Below, one piece after another: positions 1 to 7,100 of a stretch of DNA of 29,383 nt. The position numbers and the translations under genes were made by a program. The notes beneath the pieces are model-generated. The model was not told the origin of the DNA. It did not search any database and worked only from the letters and a program-made list of their open reading frames with translations. The stretch's first letter is position 1; the number at the start of each line of letters is the position of its first letter. Origin of the DNA: a bacterium (lineage in GTDB: Bacteria; Patescibacteriota; Patescibacteriia; JAACEG01); assembly GCA_027040785.1 (NCBI GenBank), contig JALULG010000079.1, positions 1-29,383 of the forward strand, in the 5' to 3' direction.

Positions 1-67
1 TTATCAAAGCAAATGATTGGCTAAAAAACTTTCTACCGAATCTAAAATTTTATAATATAAAAAATTA

Positions 68-194
68 TTCGGAACACCACCCATGTCGTTCGGAACACCC
101 CCCATGTCATTCTGAACTTGTTTCAGAATCTCATAATTTAAACACCAACACCTCAAAATTTGCCCGTGTCATTCTGAACTTGTTTCAGAATCTC
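68..194. repeat. REP-like palindromic repeats, locus 1
   Basis: Two copies of GTCATTCTGAACTTGTTTCAGAATCTC (106-132, 168-194), preceded by two tandem 21-mers TTCGGAACACC(A/C)CCCATGTC(G/A) (68-109). Confidence 0.85.
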
Positions 195-403
195 CTCTCA
201 ATCATCCAAAAACCCCTTTCCGGCATTTCAACAATACTTGAAAAAACCGCCAAAAAAATTCAACTTAAAAAAATGCCCGAACATTTTAAAAAACAAGCCA
301 ATAAAGGAACGGAAATAATCATTAATGATAAAATATTAAAATTTCACGACAATGATCGTCGCCTGTATTATAAAAAAAAAAAAAAAAAAATAATCAAAAA
401 TCT

Positions 404-1753
404 ATGAAAATAAAAAAATTAATTTTTCAAATCAAAAAAAATCCGATTCAATTTTTAATTTATCTTTTTGTATTTTTTCTGCCCTTGCAAACAACCTATA
501 TTGTCAGAGAGGTTTTTCTGCATAAATCAAAATGGGAGTATTTAACGATTTCCTTTTATATCAGCGACATAATTCTGCTTTTGATTTTTGCGATTTTCCT
601 TGTTTCAAACATCAAATACTTTAAAAAAATAAAAAAATTCAAACTCTCAAAAATCACTTTAACTCTTTTGTTTTTAAGTCTTTTTTCCTTTGCGTCAATT
701 ATTTGGGCGCCGGACAAAGAGCTGGCTCTTTTTTCAGCGGTCAAGCTGTCTTTTGCCATTGCTTTCTTTTTTGTAATTCTCAACACTAAAATTAATTGGC
801 GCAAATTAATGTTTGTTTTTATTTTTACCGCTATGCTTCAAGGCGCCTTCGGTCTTTGGCAATTTTTCAATCAATATTCACCGGCCAATAAATATCTGGG
901 AATCAGCGAACATAAAACAACTACGATTGGAACTTCTGTTGTTCATACAGTTGGCGAGAAAGCCGAAGATTATCGTCGCTGGCTCAGATCTTACGGCGGT
1001 TTCAGTCATCCGAATATTTTGGGCGGATTTTTGGCGATTATGTTGATTTTTATCGTAAACATATATTCGGAAATTAACGAAAAAGAAGAACCCACTTTTA
1101 AAGATTTGTATATCAGATTGTTTTTACTTTTTTCTTTAATTGCCATTTTTGCCGGAATGATAACCAGTTTTTCACGTAATGCTTGGTTGGTGGCGGGCTT
1201 GTCTTTTTTGGCTTTTTTTATAATTCACTTTAAAGACCGCAAAGAAAGCTTGTTAAAAACATCTTTTATTTTTTCAGTAATTTTAATCTTTTTTATTATT
1301 AATTTTTCAAATTTATTTTTATCTCGTTTTACTTTAAACAATCACTTGGAAATTCAATCTATAGAAGAACGAGTAAAGTACACTCAACAAGCCAAAGATT
1401 TGATCAAAGATCATCCTTGGTTTGGCGTGGGCATTGGAAACTATACTTTGGCAGACTACAATAAATTGCAAAAAAAATTACCGGCCTGGTATTATCAACC
1501 CGTTCATAATGTTTTTTTGTTAATCATTGCCGAGCTGGGTATAATCGGACTGCTTTTATTTCTTCTCTTTTTAGTCCTTTTGTTAAAAAATTTCCACAAG
1601 CAAAAAAACAATGTTTTTCTCTTGGCGGTTTTTTCCTTTTTGATTATGATGTTTTTTGACCATTGGATATGGAGTTCGCATTTCGGCTTGTTTTTCTTCT
1701 TTCTTATTTCGGCTTTTTACTATAAAAAAAGTTTTCAAAAAAAATCATCATAG
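404..1753 (+). CDS. O-antigen ligase (Wzy_C/WaaL)-like membrane protein, 449 aa
   Basis: Many TM helices; motifs R-S-Y-G-G-F-S-H-P-N-I-L-G, T-S-F-S-R-N-A-W, P-W-F-G-V-G-I-G-N-Y and P-V-H-N-V-F-L typical of O-antigen ligase/polymerase family. Confidence 0.85.
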   Translation: MKIKKLIFQIKKNPIQFLIYLFVFFLPLQTTYIVREVFLHKSKWEYLTISFYISDIILLLIFAIFLVSNIKYFKKIKKFKLSKITLTLLFLSLFSFASIIWAPDKELALFSAVKLSFAIAFFFVILNTKINWRKLMFVFIFTAMLQGAFGLWQFFNQYSPANKYLGISEHKTTTIGTSVVHTVGEKAEDYRRWLRSYGGFSHPNILGGFLAIMLIFIVNIYSEINEKEEPTFKDLYIRLFLLFSLIAIFAGMITSFSRNAWLVAGLSFLAFFIIHFKDRKESLLKTSFIFSVILIFFIINFSNLFLSRFTLNNHLEIQSIEERVKYTQQAKDLIKDHPWFGVGIGNYTLADYNKLQKKLPAWYYQPVHNVFLLIIAELGIIGLLLFLLFLVLLLKNFHKQKNNVFLLAVFSFLIMMFFDHWIWSSHFGLFFFFLISAFYYKKSFQKKSS

Positions 1754-1778
1754 GATTGTCCAAAACTTCTCCCAAAAC

Positions 1779-1802
1779 AAAAACCGCTTTATAGCGGTTT
1801 TT
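1779..1802. terminator. Bidirectional intrinsic terminator
   Basis: AAAAACCGCT-TTAT-AGCGGTTTTT between two convergent genes. Confidence 0.8.
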
Positions 1803-1836
1803 ACTTGGAAATTATTCTCAAATCAAAATCTTAAAA

Positions 1837-2025
1837 TTAAAGAGGCAAATCTTCTTTGTTAATAGGAGCCAGTCCGGTTTTTTCTCTGACAAAATCAACA
1901 AGTTCTTGATTGTCCGCCCATTTGCAAAATTCGCTCGCCACTTTTTTAAATTCCTCTTGTTTTTCTTCCGGAATTTCAATGTTCTTTAATTTTTCAACGA
2001 TTTCTTTTTCCCTATTTCTTAACAT
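1837..2025 (-). CDS. Small charged hypothetical protein, 62 aa
   Basis: ATG start, E/K-rich helical protein-like composition, ends just before the bidirectional terminator. Confidence 0.6.
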   Translation of the reverse strand: MLRNREKEIVEKLKNIEIPEEKQEEFKKVASEFCKWADNQELVDFVREKTGLAPINKEDLPL

Positions 2026-2575
2026 ATTTCTTGAATTTATTTCAGGGTCTCATGTTTTCACTGTCGCCCTGAATATTTCAGGGTCTCATGTCAAATCCAC
2101 TGTCATCCTGAACATTTCAGAATCTCGGGTAAATATATGTCATCCTGAACTTGTTTCAGGATCTCGTGTTTTTTAAGGTTTCACTCTTTCCTCCGAGATG
2201 CTGAAATAATACCGAATAAATTCAGCACAAGATTCAGCATGACAGGGTAGTTTCACTGTCATTCTGAACATTTCAGAATCTCGTGTCAATTCTACTGTCA
2301 TTCTAAACATTTCAGAATCTCGTGTTTTTTAAGGTTTTACTCTTTCCTCCGAGATGCTGAAATAAATTCAGCATGACATGGGAAGGGCGAGATGCTGAAA
2401 TAATACCGAATAAATTCAGCACAAGATTCAGCATGACATGGGAAGAGAAAGATGCTGAAATAAATTCAGCATGACATGGGGGGGGCGAGATGCTGAAATA
2501 ATACCAAATAAATCAGCACAAGATTCAGCATGACATAGAGGATGGTAATCACTGTCATAAATTTATGACAGTATT
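2025..2575. repeat. REP-like palindromic repeat cluster, locus 2
   Basis: More than 10 units of GTCATYCTGAAC(TTG)TTTCAGRATCTC and the inverse form GAGATGCTGAAATAAATTCAGCATGAC, including nested variants carrying an internal CCGAATAAATTCAGCACAA. Confidence 0.9.
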
Positions 2576-2654
2576 TTTAATACCTTATAACAAAGATATT
2601 TAGCTTATTTTAGCCAAATATTTTATATATACCTCAAATATCTGTCACAAACCC

Positions 2655-2683
2655 TTGACAAGTTTTTAATAATATGCTATAGT
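2655..2683 (+). promoter_or_regulatory. Sigma70-type promoter for the accessory region
   Basis: TTGACA (2655-2660), 17 bp spacer, TGc-TATAGT (2678-2683) extended -10; predicted TSS about 2690. Confidence 0.75.
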
Positions 2684-2689
2684 GTAATG

Positions 2690-3756
2690 TCAAAATCAAA
2701 AAAGCACATTAATAAAAAAAATAAAGAAAACTTCCAAGCACTTGTTTCTTGAGGATTAGAGTAACAAGAAATTGCGGAAACGCGATACTTGTTCAACCCG
2801 AAAGAAAATCAAGCAAGTGGTAAGCAGTGAAGTTCACTTCCTTTCAAATGCTTGTCGAAAGGAGGTGAAACCTCTTCTTATCACAAGAAGATGAGACGTA
2901 CCCTACATAATAAAAAGAGGTTCGCAAATATGAAAAAGGGATTTGCGATAAACTCATAAAATCTTTTTTATTCCTAACCATGGATAAAAAGGATTAAAAT
3001 CCCCAAAATTTAAACAGGACCCGAAAGTAATATCTAATTTGTCCTTGTTTAAATTATAGCATATTTGCAACCCCCTTTCTATTAAGAAGGGGTACTAAAG
3101 TTCTTTTATTCAATAAATCGGGATTGCAACTGGCTTGGCATCACTCCCAAGCTAAGGCATCGGACTTAACCACCCGATGAGCGGAAGTGTAGCTCCTGTT
3201 CCGGAAAAACCGGGGCAAAGCTCGCCAACCTTCCCCAGTCCCTTATAATATTGAGTGATTGTGAGGAAAAATTTGCCTTAAAATAAATTTTTCCTCATTT
3301 CAGTCAATGTTATTGACAATTTCATATTCTAAACACTACACCCAGGAAAGTTTCTTGCAAGGCTTTTCTAAAAGTATTTTTTAGTAGTGTTTAGAATACT
3401 TTTAGCAAAAGTCCTGCAAAAAGCTTTCCTAAAAAGGAAAGCTTTTTGTTCGTTGACAACTGAATAAATCAAAAATATTTTTAATGAAATAGCGCTACTT
3501 GTTATTGGTGGCGTTCGCTCGGATAAAATCGGAGCATTTGAGTTGATGATATTTTTTGATAATGAATTGGTATTTAATATTAATTCTAAAAATACAAATT
3601 AATCTGAAATAATACGCAATTTCGCGTTTTTAGATATTTTCTCCTTTCTAATTGGATTGCCTTGCCCGAGGCGGTTATTCGCCGTTTCAGGGAGGCAATT
3701 CAAAAAAATTTTTTCCCAACCCGGCAGATGATCCGGGAAAGGGGAAAGGAGGAAAC
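2690..3756 (+). ncRNA. Long structured non-coding leader / candidate ncRNA(s) upstream of the Ubl operon
   Basis: No credible ORF over about 1.06 kb; successive hairpins, e.g. 2833-2869, 3120-3242 closed domain, 3245-3313, 3344-3430. No known family recognised. Confidence 0.5.
3422..3450 (+). terminator. Intrinsic terminator overlapping a long alternative hairpin (possible attenuator)
   Basis: AGCTTTCCT-AAAA-AGGAAAGCT followed by TTTTGTT. Confidence 0.6.
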
Positions 3757-5343
3757 ATGAAAAACTATTTCTTAGTCCTCAACGAGGATCAAAAAAATAA
3801 AATCCAGGAAACGGAAGTAGAATTTTGCGACCTGAACATTGACGGCCATGCCGGTGTGGTCGTTGATGAAGAAAATATCAACCCGGCATTACAGGCCATT
3901 GGCATGGTCGTGGTAGCTGAGACGGGAACCACCTTGGAGGGGATTGTCAAAGTTGAACTGCGATCAATTGAAACAGAGATTTTATCTCAATCTGCTGAAT
4001 CACGAGGTAAGGTTGAGGTGGAAAGCTGGAATGGCTATCAAAAAGATGAGTTTAAAAAACTTGTTTCAGACATACTTGTCCCAGTTGTGCAGACAGATAT
4101 TATTTTGTCTGTGCCACATGGAAGCCAAGTAAATCCTGTTTCTGGTGATAAATTTTATATCAGGATTTGGTCTGGGGCTGGAAAAAAAAATGACTTTAAG
4201 GCTCCTCAAAAAATTTGGGGTTATGATGTTGCTTGTCGTGATGCCGGATTCAAACCTACTGGTAAAGGTGTTGCTATCGTGGATATCGAAACCGGATGGG
4301 CGGTTGCCGAGTTGGTAAAGAATAATCTATATATTCACCATGATGCCTGCCACAGTGGCAAAAAATCAGAGGTAGAGATTTTCCGTCTACTTCTTAAGGA
4401 GGTAGTTGTTGAATTAACGCTTTCTCCAGAAGAAAAAGCGGAGCGACAACGGAAGTTGGCGGAGGAGCGCCGGCGGCGTTCGCGGGAGCAGTATATTCAG
4501 GAGTGTTCAAAGCGTCTAAAAAAGACGCTAGAGGGAACGCGGAAAAAAATTGCTGACGGCGAACGCGAGGTTGAGGAGCTCCAGAGGCAACTTGTCCGTC
4601 GAATTCGCGAGCTGGCGGGCGCGCGGCGAAAATTAGAGCAGCTTACATCTTGTCAGAGCGGAGAATTAGAACGGTATGGAAAGGAGTTCGACAAGCTTCT
4701 GGAGGTACCGAAAGTTCGCGACGTGCAGGTTGCATCCGGGGTAATCAAGGTGTTCACGGACACCTTGTATTGTACTGATCCTCGCTCTGGTAGGCTCCAC
4801 GAGATCGGCGCATTTCTTATTGAGATTTATACCGACAATGGCGACATTCGTTGGTATAATCTCACCCGTCAAGTTGATGGGTATGATTGGGGAAAGAGCC
4901 AGGCTCCGCACATCAATGGCAAGGGTAAAGCTTGTTTGGGGACAATGACAGAAATTGTCCCTGAGCTCGTGGCGAATTACGAGTTTGCAGCTTTGACTAT
5001 GGTGGCCATCCAGTTCGTAGAATCGGTTAACACTGATGATGCAGCTGGAAAGTATATTGATAGATGGCCGCTGGCCCCTATTGAACTACAGCCGTCAGAA
5101 ATTCAGGAGGAGCTGAGGCGAGTTGAGAAACTTCGCGGACAAAATCCGTTTCACAACGTAGAGTCTGATCTCAAGTTCGTGCAGATTGCTCGAAAGATGG
5201 AACCCGGATCTCGTATCCGCAATTGTGGTGATTGCTGGTGCTTCACAGGGAGTAATGGCGTAAAGACGTCGCAGCTGGCTAAGCTCCTAGAGGTTAGCGA
5301 GGGGCAGGTTCGGGAAGTTCTGAAAAATTATTTTACGATATAG
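3757..5343 (+). CDS. Coiled-coil plus C-terminal prokaryotic E2 (UBC-like) domain protein, 528 aa
   Basis: True start is probably ATG 3757 after SD AAGGAGG. A long E/R/K/L-rich coiled coil is followed by QAPHINGKGKACLG, which matches the E2 HPN...G.ICL active-site pattern with a catalytic Cys. Operon context with JAB, E1 and Ubl. Confidence 0.75.
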   Translation: MKNYFLVLNEDQKNKIQETEVEFCDLNIDGHAGVVVDEENINPALQAIGMVVVAETGTTLEGIVKVELRSIETEILSQSAESRGKVEVESWNGYQKDEFKKLVSDILVPVVQTDIILSVPHGSQVNPVSGDKFYIRIWSGAGKKNDFKAPQKIWGYDVACRDAGFKPTGKGVAIVDIETGWAVAELVKNNLYIHHDACHSGKKSEVEIFRLLLKEVVVELTLSPEEKAERQRKLAEERRRRSREQYIQECSKRLKKTLEGTRKKIADGEREVEELQRQLVRRIRELAGARRKLEQLTSCQSGELERYGKEFDKLLEVPKVRDVQVASGVIKVFTDTLYCTDPRSGRLHEIGAFLIEIYTDNGDIRWYNLTRQVDGYDWGKSQAPHINGKGKACLGTMTEIVPELVANYEFAALTMVAIQFVESVNTDDAAGKYIDRWPLAPIELQPSEIQEELRRVEKLRGQNPFHNVESDLKFVQIARKMEPGSRIRNCGDCWCFTGSNGVKTSQLAKLLEVSEGQVREVLKNYFTI

Positions 5344-5353
5344 GAGGTTAATA

Positions 5354-6082
5354 ATGTTGAAAAACAGCTGGAGAACTGCGGCAAAAAAATTTTTGCCGCA
5401 CAGTTTCCAAAACAGGGTAGAGTTGACTAATATTCCGAGGATTCTGATCACCCGCCAAGCCTATGAGGATATGTATATCCTCGTAGATGAGGTAAATAAG
5501 GAGGTTGGCTGGATCGGAACAGTAGAACGAGCAGGCAGTGATTTTTTGATAAAGGAAATTTTTCTCCTTGAACAGGAAACACATGTGGCCACCTGCGAAA
5601 TTACGGCTGACGGTTTGGCTGAGTGGGCGCAAGAAATTATGGCTTCCCGTCCTGATGGAATGGAAGTTGTAAATTCATTGCGTTTTTGGGGGCATTCCCA
5701 TGTAAATATGGGAACGAGTCCTTCTGGCCAAGACGAGAGTCAAATGACAGTGTTTGTTGAAAACGGATGTAACTATTTTATCCGCGGCATTTTGAACAAA
5801 CAGGGCCGGATGGAGTTCACGCTGTTTCTGTATGATGTTGGAATAAAGATAAGCGATGTTGAGTGGGAGCTGTATGAACCAGTTGACGAAAGCAGGCGCG
5901 AGCGATGGAAGACGGAGATTGAAGCTAAGGTGAAGGAAAAGTATGTTCCCCCGCCAACTCGCCATGTTGGTTTTGCCCCCTATTATAATAGAAATTGGGA
6001 GGATAATTACGCCGGTATTGTTGGTGGAAATTCTCGCTCCTGTTCTCGCAAGAGCCGAAAAAGGAAAGGAGGGAAGAGATGA
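5354..6082 (+). CDS. JAB/JAMM (MPN+) metallopeptidase, deubiquitinase-like, 242 aa
   Basis: Complete JAMM motif: E (KEVGW) ... H-S-H-x7-S-x2-D (HSHVNMGTSPSGQD); SD AGGAGG upstream. Confidence 0.9.
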   Translation: MLKNSWRTAAKKFLPHSFQNRVELTNIPRILITRQAYEDMYILVDEVNKEVGWIGTVERAGSDFLIKEIFLLEQETHVATCEITADGLAEWAQEIMASRPDGMEVVNSLRFWGHSHVNMGTSPSGQDESQMTVFVENGCNYFIRGILNKQGRMEFTLFLYDVGIKISDVEWELYEPVDESRRERWKTEIEAKVKEKYVPPPTRHVGFAPYYNRNWEDNYAGIVGGNSRSCSRKSRKRKGGKR

Positions 6083-6765
6083 ACAGAGTTGATCCCCTCC
6101 GACATCTTTCAGTATTTTCTCCCAGTAAATTTGGCTCGCGCCGGGTGGACGTTGTTGGTGCAGGCGCTACTGGTTCCCGCGTAGTGCCATCTCTTGCGAA
6201 ACTTGGAATTCAGAATATCCATTGCTGGGATTTTGATGTGGTTGAGGAACATAATGTGGCTAATCAGATTTTTGGAATCGGCGACATCGGAAAGTTGAAA
6301 GTGGAGGCTCTTGCGGAAGTTGTGAAACGCGACACTGGAGCTGAAATTCAAGTTCACGCGGAAAAAGTGGATGGTTCTCAGTCTCTGGGCGAGGTTGTTT
6401 TTTTACTAACGGATACAATGGAATCCCGCAAGCAGATTTGGACCAGGGCGCTTAAGTTCAAGTTGCGCACTCAGTTGGTAGTTGAGACTCGCATGGGCGC
6501 GGATAATGGTAGAGTGTATGCGTTAAATCCCAATAAACCCGGACATATCCGGGAATGGGAAAGGACGTTGTACGATGATGCGGAAGCGGAAATTTCAGCT
6601 TGTGGTGCGAGTGTTAGCGTGGGGCCTACTGCTGAGGTTATTTCAGGTATAGCTGTATGGCAATTAATACGGTGGTTCGCCATTGAGCAAGGAGAGGAAG
6701 ATGACCTTGATAATGAAATAATATTCTCTCTTAGGCCGATGGCGACCATCACCCGGAAATTTTAA
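6079..6765 (+). CDS. ThiF/MoeB-family E1-like adenylyltransferase, 228 aa
   Basis: VVGAGATGS nucleotide-binding loop, DFDVVEEHNVANQ motif, crossover-loop Cys in SACGASVSVGPT; ATGA overlap with the JAB gene. Confidence 0.9.
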   Translation: MNRVDPLRHLSVFSPSKFGSRRVDVVGAGATGSRVVPSLAKLGIQNIHCWDFDVVEEHNVANQIFGIGDIGKLKVEALAEVVKRDTGAEIQVHAEKVDGSQSLGEVVFLLTDTMESRKQIWTRALKFKLRTQLVVETRMGADNGRVYALNPNKPGHIREWERTLYDDAEAEISACGASVSVGPTAEVISGIAVWQLIRWFAIEQGEEDDLDNEIIFSLRPMATITRKF

Positions 6766-6890
6766 TTAACATTTAACCGTCCAACCCTATGACGTTAAAC
6801 TGGGGCTGTAATACTCCGGGGCAGCTCCGGGGCGCTTCGCACAGGCGGTCATTGTGTAAAAAATTCCAAGAACATGAAAGGAGAATGACT

Positions 6891-7100
6891 ATGATTACAG
6901 TAAGAATCGGAAGATTACCAGGACGGATTGAGGAATTGGCGCTTGAGTCTGGGTCTGTTGTAGCTGATGCTCTTGAGGTTTCTGCGCTTGACCCTGAAGG
7001 TTACGAAGTTCGGGTTAACGGCGCACCGACTGACCTAGAAGCGGAACTGACCGACGGTGACACGGTTCTCCTGGTTAAAAAGATCAAGGGCAACTGCTAG
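6891..7100 (+). CDS. Ubiquitin-like (beta-grasp, ThiS/MoaD-like) protein, 69 aa, C-terminus KIKGNC
   Basis: Start ATG 6891 (or 6885) after AAGGAG; VRVNG..........LxDGDTVLLV signature of beta-grasp modifiers; near-terminal Gly. Confidence 0.85.
   Translation: MITVRIGRLPGRIEELALESGSVVADALEVSALDPEGYEVRVNGAPTDLEAELTDGDTVLLVKKIKGNC

Noticed and set aside
180-407. 75-aa ORF
   Set aside because: Starts inside a REP unit with TTG, runs through the poly(A) tract and has no recognisable features; probably spurious.
1910-2176. 88-aa ORF
   Set aside because: Antisense to the 62-aa gene and then reads through REP repeats.
2025-2575. CRISPR array
   Set aside because: Units occur in both orientations, are nested, have no regular unique spacers, and there are no cas genes.
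2872-2905. SAM-I-like start (CTTATC...GAG)
   Set aside because: No GCAACC/GGUGC elements and no closing GAUAAG; a simple hairpin explains it.
3170-3215. Hammerhead-like CCGATGAG...GAAA
   Set aside because: Core is CCGAUGA rather than CUGANGA, the G10.1-C11.1 pair is missing, and CCGATG is better explained as a stem with CATCGG.
3120-3242. Resemblance to ZTP or cobalamin riboswitch, 5S rRNA (ACCACCCGAT...CGGAAGTG) or HEARO/omegaRNA (TTCCCCAGTCCC)
   Set aside because: Only short word matches; the other conserved elements and any adjacent IscB/HNH gene are absent.
3652-3756. Upstream TTG extension of the E2-like gene
   Set aside because: A strong SD precedes ATG 3757, and the extension lies in hairpin-forming sequence.
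6079-7100. thiF/thiS or moeB/moaD cofactor-biosynthesis genes
   Set aside because: An E2-like partner is present, the E1 lacks Zn-binding CxxC pairs, and no thi/moa/cys genes are nearby.
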